The notes beneath the pieces were generated by a model, which was not told the origin of the DNA, did not search any database, and worked only from the letters and a program-made list of their open reading frames with translations. 64,000 bases of DNA from Chiloscyllium plagiosum (taxonomy: Eukaryota), in the NCBI RefSeq assembly GCF_004010195.1, contig NC_057718.1, positions 46,196,600-46,260,599 of the forward strand. Reading direction: 5' to 3'. Below, one piece after another: positions 50,852 through 63,848 of this stretch. The translations under genes were made by a program, and so were the position numbers. Each line of letters starts with the position of its first letter. Position 1 is the stretch's first letter.

Positions 50852-51991
50852 AACTGATGAATGCATAGCAGTCTCAACTCTGAATGATAAAATCTGTCTT
50901 CAGTGTTCATACTTGGTCATTTATGGAAACATTCTTGTCCCAAGTAGGACATACCAACAGGTTCCACATATAGACAGGTGACTACTAATTCGACAACAGC
51001 CTTAAACGTTTATGCCACATGATGGTCAGGCTTTCTCAGACATAGCAATGCTCCCACCCAGAGATGAACAACTTGGGCGGGGGGGTGGGGGGTGGTGATG
51101 GTGGTGAGTGCAGGGTGTTTGACAGGGAGGAGTTCATCACACCCGGGCAATGGACTCAATGCTACATTTTACTAGCGACTCTCAATGATGCTATTAAGGA
51201 CAGTGACCCGTCACCCTAAGTGTTTCCAACTAAATCGGAGAATTTCAGGAGCACCACCACTAGCAGTAGCCATTGCTAGTCTGCACCTGGTGGAAGATGG
51301 AGCTGCAGTAGATGCCACCTCAGAGTAAACTAAGTCAGCTTCAGGAAAGCCATTGTCAGGCACCAATGAGGGCATGGGATAGTGTCACTGAGGGCACAAG
51401 GCATGGTTATTGTCACTCAAGAGCCCCTTTCTCCAAAACATGAACAAAAACAAGGTTCATCCCTCCTCTTTGGATCCCACTGGCAAGCTAATAGGGCTTT
51501 CCTAATATTTATTCCACAAAGAGTCAGAGAGTCATACATCATAGAGACAGATCCTTCCATCGGAGATCCTCCCAGACTGCTGGTTAAACTGCAGCCATTA
51601 TAACTATTGAGTATTTTCCATTGCACAAACTTCTGAGATCCTTTTCAATTTCCAGCACCTCTATTTGTGATTCTGAACCTGTTTAGAGCTGCATGTTAAA
51701 GTTTTTGTAATCACAAAATAAGACATTTTTGGAAGAGGAGGATTGGAAGTAACATGAAGTGAAGGTACATTTATACTTGGGGCAATCATATTGCCCAGTC
51801 TTACCCAGCCATCCACCTTAACTGATGAATGCATAGCAGTCTCAACTCTGAATGATAAAATCTGTCTTCAGTGTTCATACTTGGTCATTTATGGAAACAT
51901 TCTTGTCCCAAGTAGGACATACCAACAGGTTCCACATATAGACAGGTGACTACTAATTCGACAACAGCCTTAAACGTTTATGCCACATGAT
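50852..51991 (+). repeat. Perfect 172-bp dispersed direct repeat (50852-51023 and 51820-51991)
   Basis: aactgatgaatgcatagc...tatgccacatgat reads identically in both copies. Confidence 0.95.
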
Positions 51992-52264
51992 TCTGTCAAA
52001 TAATTACTGAATATAAGTGCCAGATAACTCAACAAGCAGTTCAGGAATGCAAAGAATAGATCGATGTCATGCTGGTCACAGCAAACTCCTTCTTTCATTT
52101 TCAATGAAAGGAGCTGACAATACCAAAGAATTTGATATGTTTTCAGTTTCCTGCAAGTATAAGATGACACACATCCTACACCCAAATCCATAGCCTTCAT
52201 AAATAGAAACTTGATTCTCTCCATCAATGTAACCATACGAGCAACTATGGCTACAAATTTACAT

Positions 52265-52378
52265 GAGGTTGACTCTTAACGCCCTCTGAAGTGCCCTAGC
52301 AGGCCACGCAAATCAACTAAGAATAAGCAATAAATGTCAGCCTTGGTAGAGACACCCACATCCCAAGAATGTAAGAAT
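52265..52378 (+). mobile_element. 3' fragment of MER131-like SINE
   Basis: ggttgactcttaacgccctctgaagtgccctagcaggccac...aataaatgtcagccttgg..cccacatcccaagaat. Confidence 0.65.
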
Positions 52379-53018
52379 AATTACGCACTTGAACACCCAC
52401 TATGCTTTGAGTAGTCACATCAACTGTAGTTTATGTCAAACTGTCACATTACTGATACACAATTGCATCACACAAGAGCCATTACCATGGAGAGGTAATG
52501 AGGGGATAAACCTGCAATCATTGGCAGAGAAGGTTGCAGTATAGGGTCTATGCAAGTGTCGATGTCTGGAAGAGCATGAGTAACACGACCCACTACAATG
52601 ACATTTAAGGTCATATGTAAAGAAGAGCTTGCATAGACTTCACAGGAGACAGATATATCACTGTGATGTGGTACATAGTTTGCAATTATGCAGTAACCTA
52701 GTAAATACAGAAAAGACTCCATAAACTCTCCAAACTAATGATGGATCATGTTCTGTACTATGTCTGTGCTTGGTATCTTGCTGCAAAGGAAAGCTTTGCT
52801 AGATCTTCACCTTAAAATTGTATCAAGATTTTACATAGAAAACTGTCACCACTTCCCATTCTAGTACCAATCTAAGGCTTACTAATGTTGAGTGGTAAAG
52901 GATGACCATGTGAAAGTCTTGCAGAAGAGACACATTCTTCGGTAACAAGAAAGGTTTTTCTACAATGTATTACAAGTTACACTGGAGTAAGATATCTTCA
53001 CTAACACTAGGTAAGAAA

Positions 53019-54995
53019 TGTTGTTACCTTCTACAAGATAGTAACTAGGTCAACGTTACATGATTATAGACTACAGATTTCAACTGCAGACTGACTAGTC
53101 TCACTTAGAAACACTTGTGGACAAGGTCTCAAAAGAGCAAACACTTAAGCCATTAAACAATTGCTTAAGCAAACACATCAACTTTACCTACTCCCCTTAT
53201 GCATCTGACTTTACAAATTTAATCTTGGTTTACTAACGACATGGTCATTTGCTTGAGGATGATTGACTGAGATGTTGCTGTTTGTTATTCTGTGCCACTG
53301 GTGAGTCTTTTATTTCTTGAATGTCTTTCACCAAAGACATTTGGTGAAGTACTGTTATCCTATCGGGAAGATTCTTAACCTCCTCAGCATGTGTAAGGGA
53401 ATACTATTGAGTTGGTAGGTGAAGTAACCTTCCTCATTTGACTTTGTCCTGAGATAGACTTAGCTGAAGATTTTCCACTTTGGGGCCTGTTCTTTTAGCC
53501 AATATCATCATTTTATTTTTGGTGTTGCCATTGTCTGTGGCCCTGGCTGTGTAGTATTAGCCATAACTTCTCTGAATAATAATTTCTACCAGAGTTTTCT
53601 GGAAGTCAAACTCTGAAGGTTTCCCATTGGTGAGAAAGAAGCAAACAGTTCTTTTTAGCACAGCGAAGTTGATAGATTTTTTTTATGTTGTTAATGTGAA
53701 ACAATTACTTAATACCAGTGTGTCTGATCTCAATTGGTGGGTTCATCTTTCAGGGGTCAGCCAACAGACCTTTGAGGCCAGTAAAGACAACTTGTTGCTG
53801 GCATGTGTCAAGTTGGTCAATGGTATATGTTTTCTTTGATGGTTGGAATTCTTCCCCAAATTTCAAGTTTTTTGGGGCAACACATGCCTTCCCGTTCAGA
53901 AATAAAGTCTTCTGGTTCTGGATGGCATAAGCATGTTCTGCAAACTAGATTTTTATGTCTGAAAAATCACTTTAATATCATTTAATATTATGTTTTATTC
54001 ACCTGCCACTGTTAGCATCAAACCAGTGGATTGTAACATTACCTTTCAATCAAGGAGGTTTATAAGATAATATAGTGATGTCCACCTCTGTATTAAGCTT
54101 AAATTGAATCAGGTATCCATTGACATAGATGAGCTCTGTCATGTGTGGTTCAGATGTGTCACTTATTTCATGTGGAATTGGCTGTGGTATTTCTTCTACA
54201 GCATCATATTAGGATAGATGTTCTAATGGAAATGTATTTTTGGGAATCAGAATTATTTTCTAACGATGTTTGGTATAAGGTAATAGACTTTTTTGCAGAT
54301 GTAACCGGCATTGTTGTTAAGGATTGTTTCTGGTTTTGCATTTTCCTTTAACATGTCCCTCTTTCTTGGAAAAGTGACATACTTGTGGTGGAGCTGGATG
54401 TTGCTTTCATTTGTGTGTGTTTTTCTTTACTCCACACCTTGCACGGCCACTCCTAGCATCGAACAATAGGATTACTGTTTGTTTTGATTTGTCATGTGAT
54501 TAATTGGAATATTTATACCTCATGAAGTTGATAGGTTCTGTTGATCTGTTTGTGTAAACTTGTGCTTCTATTTCCCAGATTGTGCTGAGTCTTTTTCCTG
54601 AATCTCAGCTTCTAAAAAAAATCTGGATAACCTTTTCAGTGTGAGACCTTCCTTCAATTATAAAAGATGTGAATGGAATGTATCAGAAATTCTGATGATA
54701 ATTGTCTGTAATTGGCTTGGTTCTGAGGCTTCATATTCACAAGACTTAGATAATGCATAAATATTACTGAAGTTTTCAACAGGTTCCCCTGGACACTAAT
54801 CTTTTATTGAATCTTGCTCTTTACATAACGGAATTACCTCTCAAAGTGAAATAATTGTCAAATGATTTTCAGACATCAAAGTTACCCTGCTTCACGTTTC
54901 ATCTGTTAATAACATGGCCTGTTAATGATCCCATGGCAATATTTTATTGACTTGGAAAAAGTCAGACAAGTTAAATGAGGAGTTGTTCAAAGTGT
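53019..54995 (-). mobile_element. Old internally deleted Gypsy element (gag, protease, pol scraps, PPT and short 3' LTR)
   Basis: gag SFDNYF..RARFNKR..GEPVENF..KSCEY..LKEGLTL; knuckles CARCG..H and CHFSKKEGHVKGKC at about 54335-54445; PR IYVNGYLIQFKLNTEVDITI about 54070-54130; PPT aaggggag about 53190; LTR-like end taacaaCA at 53019. Confidence 0.72.
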
Positions 54996-55004
54996 GCGTA
55001 TGAT

Positions 55005-55240
55005 TTCAGTCAGGTGAGGGAAGATGGCATGGAGGGGTCTGTTCAGGGCTCTTTTCAAAGAAGAAGCAGAGAGCTTTCAAATCTTCCTGCTGGGGAATGG
55101 GTGTGCTAGAGGGATTGTACATCCACGATTCTGAGGAGGTAGTGAGAGCCGGAAAACTGGGAATTGTGCCACCAATATAAAGTGTCAGAAGAATCACAAA
55201 CATATCTGAGAAGAGACTGAGCAAGGGGCATGGCATAAAG
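55005..55240 (-). mobile_element. Penelope RT fragment (second family)
   Basis: Minus strand VDVQSL..PIPQQEDLKALCFFFEKSPEQ. Confidence 0.65.
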
Positions 55241-55289
55241 TAGAACCAAGGTAGCTAGAAATAAATTGCTGAAGTGCTGAAGATAAGGA

Positions 55290-57520
55290 AACTGGTGAAG
55301 TCAATGTTAATGCCATGTGGTTGAAGGTATCCAGGGTGGAAAATGAGACATTCTCCCTCCAGTTGTCAGTGGATTTGATTTAGCAGTCGAGGAGGCACAG
55401 GACGTGCATGTCCTTGGGGGAATGTGAGGGGGAGTTGAAGTGGTTGGCCACAGGCTGGTCATGTTGTTTGGTGCGTGTGTCCCAGAGATATTCCCTGAAA
55501 CGCTCTGCAAGTTGGCGTCCTGTTTCCCATATGTAGAGGAGGCCACATCAAGAGCAATGAACACAGTAGATGATGCATTTGGATGTGCAGGAAAATCTCT
55601 GCTGGATGTGGAAAGATCCTTTGGGACCTTAGATGGAGGTGAGGGGGGAGGTGTGTGCGCAGGTTTTACGCCTCTTGCCGTGGCAAGGGTATGTGGGAGG
55701 TAGGGGGAGGGGGGATGTGGGGGCGTGGAGCTAATGAGGGAGTCGCAGAGGGAATGGTCTCTGCAGAATGCAGATAGGGGTGGGGAGGGAAATTTATTCT
55801 TGGTGGTGGGGTCTCACTGTAGGTGGTGGAAATGACAGAGGATGATATTTTGTATCCGGAGATTGGTGGGGTGGCAGGTGAGGACCAGGGGGATTCTATC
55901 TTTATTGTGTCGGGGGGGTGAGGTTTGAATGCAGAAGTGTGGGAAGTGGAGGAGACACCCTGGACAGTAGTGTGTTTAATGTGAGAGGGGAAATTGTGGT
56001 CCCTGAAATAAGATGTCCTGGATGGAATTGCTCTTCCTGGGAACAGATATGGCAGAAGCAGAGAAATTAGGAGCAAGGAATCTCATAATATGGGGGAGGG
56101 GGGGTGGTGTGATGGGGGAGCGGTGGAAGGAGATGTGTTTGGAATAGATGCCCATTTTGAATCGGTCACCAGATATGGAGACAGAGAACTCCAGGAAGAG
56201 GATAGAGCTGTCAGAGATGGTCCAGGTGAATTGATGAAGTTGATGGACTGTTCAACTTCTGTATGGGAACATAATGTGATACCGATATAGTCATTGATGT
56301 TGCAGAGGAAAAGATTGGGGATGGTGCCGGTGTAAATCCTGAAGATCGACTGTTCCACTTACCTGACGAAGAGACAGGCATAGCTACCCCTTTGGTCAAA
56401 AGGAAGTGGGAGGATTCAAAGGAGAATTTGTTAAGGGTGAGGCCAGTTCCGCCGATCGAATGTGTGTTGGTGGAGGGGTACTGGTTGGGTTGGTGTGAAA
56501 GGAAGAAACAGAGGGCTTTTAGGCCTTCACCATGGTGGATGGACATTTATAGGTACTGATGTCCACGGTGAAAATGAGGTGTTGGGGACCAAGTAAACAA
56601 AAGTCATGGAGGGGATGGAGGGTGTGGGTGGTGTCCCGAACATATGTGGGGAGTTCCTGGACCAAAGAGGACAGGACTGACCAGAGATATGAGGAGATGA
56701 GTTCGGTAGGGCAGGAGCAAGTAGAGGTGATGGGTCGACCGGGGCAGTCAGGTTTGTGAATTCTGGGTAAGGTTTGTTGGGTTTGAGAACTATGAGGTTG
56801 GAGGCTGTGGGTGGGAACTCCCCTGAGGTGATGAGATTATAGATGGTCTGGGAGATGATGGTTTGGTGATGAGAGGTGGGGTTGTGGTCAAGGGGACGGT
56901 AGGAGGAGGTGTCAGCAAGTTAGCGTCTGGCTTCAGCAAGGTAGAGATCGGTCTGCCAAACTACCACTGTGTGCCCCCTTGTCCACTGGTTTAATGTTAA
57001 GATTGGGGTTGGAGTGGAGGGAGATTGGAGGGCTGTGCCTTCCGAGGGTGAGATGTTGGAGTCAGTGAGAGGGGTAGACAGGTTGAGGCAGTCAATGTCA
57101 TGACAGCAGTTGGAGATAAAGAGGCTGAGAGAGGGTAAGAGGCCAGCATGAAATATCCAAGAGGATGGAGTATATTGAAGGTAAGAGAAGGGGTCATCAA
57201 AGGGTGGGTGGGAGCCGCGACTGAAAAGTAGCCACAAGGCTGAGGCGGCAGAAGAAAAGTTAAATGTCACAATGTGTATAGAATCCGTTGATATAGTTGG
57301 GGCAATCAGAGTTGGGACAGAATAGACACTGGGGTAGAGAAGTTGTAGTTGGAAGATTGCAGTAATGATCAAGGGGAGTGGAAATTCAATTTCTGGGGAG
57401 GGATAATTGGTGATGATAAAAGATGGAAAGGGAAAGGTGGAGGCCAGTAGGATGATGATGATAATGATGATGATGATGATGGTAATGGTAATAATGATGA
57501 TGATCAGGGAGGGAAGGAAC
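55290..57520 (-). mobile_element. Penelope-like element, near-complete frameshifted ORF (RT plus GIY-YIG)
   Basis: HTVVVWQTDLYLAEARR, EGLKALCFFLS..LTLNKFSFESSHFLLTKGVAM, EQSIF..NLFLCNINDYIG (YIDD-like), and GIY-YIG near 55500-55570 (CGLLYIWETG..RFREH). (GAT)n tract at 57451-57504. Confidence 0.88.
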
Positions 57521-58804
57521 AGTCGCTGACCAAGCCTTTGTCCTTTGAATATGTAGTCAGATGATCCATCAGGAAATCTAAAAGCTTACAAAGCAGAATT
57601 GTACGTACTTAAAAATTGCTTCATTCACTGACAAAGAAGGTAAGACCTGGAATGAAAAGTGCTGTAAGCGTTCAATACATTTGTATTAGAAATTAATCTA
57701 AGAATAATAGTGTGCCTTTTCATAATGTTTCTGAGTTCTGAATTATTAAATTCTCAACAAATCAAAAAGCAAAAGGCTTTAGAAAATCTAATAGTAAAAA
57801 TATTAAATGAATGTAAGATGGAAAATAATGACAAATGTTTTGGCTTTAAAATGATGATGTTTCTTCCCAAAGGCTCTGTCTTTCAGATCTGGCCCCGACT
57901 ACAAGTCTTGTTTCATCTCCTAAAACATCCCTGGAATGGTCTTATATTCCCTTCTTTTCTGTTGGGATTTATTACCAAACAAAGATAGTTTTAGTCCCTA
58001 TTTCTATTTCAATTTGTGTTGGGAAATTTTGTGATTACTCTGTCAACAGATACCCACGTTCAGCTAGAGGAATAAAGAACATATGACCATAATGCCACTA
58101 AAACTGGACTACATATATGTTTCCATTCCTTATGATTATTTTGAAACTCAGGTTTAATTCATGACAAGAATGATCAGGATACACTAGCACTGCTTCTGCA
58201 CTGGAAGATACAATCACAAAGAGAGATTAAAACATAAGATGAAGTGGATTCCAAAGTTACAATGTTAAGTTTATAGTCTACGCACCTATAAACACCTGTT
58301 ATTTAGTACCACTTCCATCATATCATATATTCTGAATTATTAGAAAGATATTTTGTATTTTAAATGTAGAATTTCTGTGAAAAATGGATGACCCAAATGT
58401 TATTAGTGTGAATCTTTTACAACACGGTCATATTCAAATGTTTTATAATCTACATATATGGAACAAAACTGCTAATTCAGTGAAAAGTTTCAAAAACACA
58501 GTTTTAAAGAAGAATTTAGAAAACAAACTGGACTACAAACCAAACAGCATGAAGTTGAAATCTGTAATCCTTCTCAGCCTTGTTTTTTTGGCTCATCCTC
58601 AAAAGGTCTAAAGCGTGGATTGCTGGAAAATTTAGTTTATATGTCATCTCTCAAATTGGAATGGGCATTGCCATCACCGCTTTCCCAGTGTGCACTTCAA
58701 TAACTGGAAGACTTTTTGACATTAACAGGAACCCAGGCACTGTTAGATAGTGTCATGAAGATCTTCTGTTGCAAGCTTTGATGTAGATTTTGGTCAAATG
58801 TATT

Positions 58805-58903
58805 CACAGTCGAGAGTGTGTTGCTGGGAAAGCAAGGCAGGTCAGGCAGCATCTGAGGAGCAAGAGAACCAACGTTTCGGGCAAAAGCCCTTCAGCAGGA
58901 ATC
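58805..58903 (-). mobile_element. Penelope family A pLTR fragment with mutated hammerhead core
   Basis: Reverse complement gattc-CTGCTGA-A-GGGC-tttt-GCCC-GAAA-CGTT-ggttc...gatgctgcctgacctg. Confidence 0.8.
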
Positions 58904-59154
58904 ACAAACCTATCATGAAGAGGCCAATCATGGAAGTGATCAGCACTACAGGCAGTCCCTGGGTTACAAGAAGTTACACTTTCAAGTCCATTTGCAAGTT
59001 GGTTTGTGCACAAGTTAGAATACACTACATGAACAATATAAAGTAGCCATTGGTAAGTATAGGAAACATTCAGATGCTGGACCTTTGACAGAATCACATT
59101 CATAAGTAAAAGCATTCATAAGTCAGACATTCGTAAATTGGGGATTTTTCGATC

Positions 59155-59651
59155 AGAGCTGGCACTGGAGGGGGTGCAAAGGAGGTTCACTAGCTTGATT
59201 CTGGAGTTGAGCAGTTTGGCTTATGAGGAGAGACTGAGTAGACTGAGACAATACTCTTTGGAACTTAGAAGAATTGGGAGGGAATCATATAGAAACATAA
59301 AATTATGAAGGGCATAGATATATAGAAGCAGGGAGGTTGATTCTACTGGGTGGGTGAAACTAGAACTAGGGGGCATAGCCTCAAAATAAGGGCAAGCAGA
59401 TTTAGGACTGAGTTGAGATGGAAATTCATCACCCAAAGGATTGTGAATTTGGAATTTCTTGCCAAGTGAAGCAGTTGAGGCTATCTTGTTGAATATTTTT
59501 TAAGGCAAAGATAGAAAGATTTTAGAACAGTAAAGGAATGAAGGGTAAGTGGCGCTGAGTCCATGAAAAGATCGGCCATTATCTTATTGAATGGCAAAGC
59601 AGGCTCAAGGGGCCAGATGGCCTACTCCTGCTCCTAGTTCTTATGTTCTTA
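59155..59651 (+). mobile_element. CR1 3' fragment
   Basis: ALEGVQRRFTSLILELSSLAYEERLSRL; tail gcctactcctgctcctagttcttatgttctta. Confidence 0.88.
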
Positions 59652-60439
59652 TTCCCTGTACTAAACTTGAGAAAGCAGCATTTATAGCATGTGTTGCAAG
59701 CCACTTCAAAGCATTTTTGATTCACAGGCACAACCAGTCCCATTGTGTGCTAGATAACACAAATTTTATTGTACTTCAGCCAGACAATTGAATAAAGTCG
59801 CTGGGTGGTAAAGACTTAATGGAATAATCCATGGGACTTATTATTTCACATGGGGTTCTTGATTTAAACAGAACAGAAATATTGCTGGCGAAATCATGAT
59901 GCAAAAGTGAATGATGTTGAATTTCAAGTACTGTATTTTTATCGTGAAAATAAAGCAAGATTTTAAACCATTTTTCCACAATAATAATTGAATTACAATT
60001 GCGAGACAGCATGTTGTTTGAATTACAATAAAAGAAAAAATGGGTTTGTGGTATTTGTCCTGCAAAATATATGTGTGGTGTTTTGTAATTAGTTATTGGA
60101 TTTATAATAGTCACTTTTCTAGTGGTTACAGTATTTATGTATAATTACTTTCATATTCATTGAAATTGCAAAGTAGCTTACTAATTAACTATTTCAAATA
60201 TATAATTATGCCACATCTTTATACAAGATTTGCTTAATTATGTAGTCATGCCACTCCTTTTGTACACATCTTATTAAACACTCTTGCATTCACTCTTAGG
60301 CTTCCTTGTAATTTGCTCTTAAAATACGAGCTCAAATTAAGCAGCTTGTTTCCTGTAAACCTAACGGGAAAATATCAAAAAGTTTGTTTGAAGAAATGAT
60401 TATACTGAAATATTGTATCACACCAACTTTACATTTTTA

Positions 60440-60770
60440 ATTAAGGAAGTAGATGATCAATTTTTAAAGGGTGTATTTAAGAAGGAACTACTTCCACTAA
60501 TGGAGGAATTAGGAGGGAGAGAACATAATAAGAGTGCATCGATTTGGAGGGAAATTAGGACACGGTGTTTCACATAAAGGGTATAGAAATCGAAGATTCT
60601 CTCCTCTTGATTCTAGTAGTTCTGGAATGTTTGGAGCTTTCAAAGCAGGCTTTTGTTGGTAGTATTATTAACAGATATGGAGCTGAGAGGTGATTGAATT
60701 CGGAATGATGATCTAATCAATAGGGGGAGCAGACTCAAGGCTCCGGGTAGTGCACCATTTCTTTGTTTAT
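60440..60770 (+). mobile_element. Old CR1 3' remnant
   Basis: cttccactaatggaggaattaggaggg...tttcacataaagggtatagaaatc...gatctaatcaatagggggagcagactcaagg, a CR1 3'-end layout. Confidence 0.55.
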
Positions 60771-62099
60771 AAGAAAAGCCATTCCCCAGTCTAACGCCAC
60801 AGCAAAGTAACAGAGATGAGGTTGTTTTCACTTGATGTGTCCAAGTTCACATTATGTTCCATTTAGTGGTTCAGAAAACAAAAGGGTCAACGTGACCCAA
60901 TGCTTTGTGTACTTCAAGTTAGTGAAGCACTCCACCTTAGGAACTGTTAAATCTGCACAAATTCAAGTTCTCAGAATGTCTGAGGGATCCAGCTTAAAGA
61001 TGTTCCCAAAAGTAACAGATTATAGTATCACTCCAGAGAATATGCTCAAGTGAACCATCTGGCACAGAGTGGCCACAGCTTTCATTCCTCTCCAGCAATC
61101 AAATTTGATACGTTTTTACCCACACTCCAATAGCACTCATCACAATATTGAATTGGACCAACTCACTGAACTTCATTTAACTGCTATGTATTTCTTTTCA
61201 GATAATGACATTCTCTATTGCTCGTTTGTTCATTTTAAGCTTTTATTTAAGTTATCATTCACATTACAATTCATTTTTCCTATTACAACTTATTACATCT
61301 ATTGGCCAGTTGAATCTAACAGTAAAGGAGAATTGGCTGCTTTGTTGCACATAGCAAAAAAGGAGAATATGTTTACCTAATCATCAGCATATAATTAAAA
61401 GTCTTCCTTAAGGGTTTCTAGACTGAATTTACTGAAGGACTGAAGTAAAAAATTTATATCAAATTAAAGTCAAATTCAGACCTTAAAATGGTATTGTTAA
61501 TGCTGTAAAGCTCTCAGTTACAGAGAGATACAGAGATCCTGTCAATAAATAAAATGGCCCGTTAACATTAGAGTTTTCAGCTTTGTTTCACCTTTGATAA
61601 ATGGTGGTCACCACTGCACCAAAAAAAATCAACTTTACTAGAATGCATTTTACCAAATTATGCACCAAATTCATTTTTAGCCCATTCATTAAATTCTGAT
61701 GCTTGCAAAACTAAGATATCACTGGACTTTGTGTTTGCCCATTACTATAGACACCAGTAGAAATAAAAAATATTGTTAATGTGACAAAAGAAATTTCAGG
61801 CATTCAATAACCAAAATCACATTTTTTTTTGTTAGTGGGCTAATTAATGATAGTAACTGACAATGAGTAATATTCATTTATTCACTAACATTACTCTCTA
61901 TTTAATTTTAGTTAAAGACTGCAATTATTATTTGCTCCTCTTTGGAACAGGGGCTTAAAATAATAGAAGGCAGCAAATTCTCAGCAATTTTCCGCATTAA
62001 CAGCATTGTTTATGTTTGTTTCTAGCACATAGTTGCAGAAGGCTTAAAGGAAGTACAGAATGCATAGACTCTCATGGTCCGGACATTAGATATCCATGG

Positions 62100-62365
62100 T
62101 AACATAACTATTGCCTCAGGATCAATTACCTGGTGCTAAGTGCCAGGCAATGAATGCAAAGATGGTTACTGAGTTCTGCCATCTTTTAGCATCTGATTTG
62201 CAGGGGCGATCTTCAGCAAGCACAGCTCTGTGGCTCTCAACATAATTGCAATCTTACATTTTTATGCTTCTGGATCCTTCCAAGCTGCCATGGGGGATTT
62301 GATAGAAATTAGCTGGTCCATTGTGCTCTGATGCATCCACAAGGTCACTGAGGCTGTGCTGCAGT
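62100..62365 (+). pseudogene. Harbinger (HARBI1-like) transposase N-terminal remnant
   Basis: MVTEFCHLLASDLQ../VALNIIAILHFYASGSFQAAMGDLIEISWSIVL*CIHKVTEAV, matching the Harbinger motif AL.FYASGSFQ...GD..GISQ...C...VT.AL. Confidence 0.75.
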
Positions 62366-63724
62366 AAAACAAAAACCATTCACTGTGCATTTTGGCACCC
62401 ATTCACTGCAGCAAAGATCCAGGTCACAAGAATTCTTTGTTGACAGCATCCCAAAGGCATAGAGCGTTATAAATTACACACATTTTTCTATTCGTCAGGC
62501 CAAACCATGTTTATGAACATATAATGTAACATTGCTGTATCAAAGTGTGTGCAGCGCAGCTGTTTTTAAGCCAAAATGGCATGCACACTGTCTGTCCACG
62601 TTTCCAGGACAGGGCACATCAGATACCATTTTGGTTCGGTCACTAGTGCTGATGGTAGCAGTGTGTAGCAGAGTAGGCAGATCAGACATCAGTCAGCATG
62701 CAAGACAGATTCATCTTCAACACTCCACCTATTAACCTCACACAGCTGAACATGTGATCAGCAGGGGGAGGACAACCCCCAAAGTTGATTTCTAATGGCT
62801 GCTGCTGAGTTACTAGAAATACCTCATTGCCATTTAAAATTACTAGAGTCCAGAGATGATGGTGGAGTAATGGTGAAGGCTCTGGTTCTGACTCAGCATG
62901 ACAGGGGAAAATATGCAGAGGCAACACAGAGGAAGACCAGCTGTTTGAAGAGGGAGGAACTTAAGGGGGAGAGTGACTCTTGACAGAAACATATTCCCTT
63001 TAAGAAGCAACTCCTCTACCTTAACGCCAGCAAGGAAGCTTAAGGATGACAGCCCAGCTTCACTAAGGACGTGATACCAAGTAAGAAGTTAATCTCATTA
63101 CTAGCGACTGCTGATCACAATTCCTATAGGACAATGTGCTCACTGGAAACAAACTGTAACATGCGGTATTCCCTGAAGTATTGTACTGTAACAAGACTAC
63201 AAAAATACCCATTACATTTGGAGCCAGAGAGCCCCCAGCAGGTGGTGGACCAAGCGTGCCCTAATGTGTAGAAAAGGACAAGAGATAAGAGACATTGACT
63301 ATGGGCCAGTTAGCATGATGGGCCCAGGAAATGAATCAATTAACAGCATAATTCTCTGATCAGTTGAATTCTAATGGCTGGGAAAGAAGGAGGATAAAAA
63401 GAAGAATTACAAATATTCAAGGCAGGAGAACCTATTGAGAGAAAGAGACTCTCCAGAAGACAGCTCGAATTTCAGACTTCGTGTGGAGTCCTCCTGTCTC
63501 AGGAGTCCTCCTGATAACCTGAGGACAGACAGTAAAATCACACACATACACACATAACAATAGTTTAGTTTATGTAGCAATGGTATTTCATGACTAAGTT
63601 GCTTCCACTGCAATAAAGAATGTGATTCTTCAAATTGTAATCTGAGCTCCGCAGTCCTGTCACATTCCGTCACTTTTAGTAAACAATTGACAGAGGAATA
63701 GGGTTCAAAAATATCTCCTGCTTA

Positions 63725-63848
63725 ATGAATGATGAATAGGAAAGGTTTGGAGGGGTATGGGCCAGGAGCAGGCAGGTGGGACGAATTTAGTTTGGGATTA
63801 TCTTCAGCATGGACTGGTTCTGTGCTGTATGACTCTATGACTGTATGA
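63725..63848 (+). mobile_element. CR1/HER1 3' tail fragment
   Basis: atgaataggaaaggtttggaggggtatgggcc...gtgctgtatgactctatgactgtatga. Confidence 0.85.

Noticed and set aside
50854..50900. CTGATGA near the start of the 172-bp repeat as a hammerhead
   Set aside because: No stem II followed by GAAA.
50852..51991. 172-bp repeats as LTRs of a TRIM-like element
   Set aside because: No TG...CA termini, PBS, PPT or flanking TSD.
51700..52800. Possible additional LTR-retrotransposon pol remnant on the minus strand
   Set aside because: Only vague similarity (FLNCLLSYLA..); too decayed to support.
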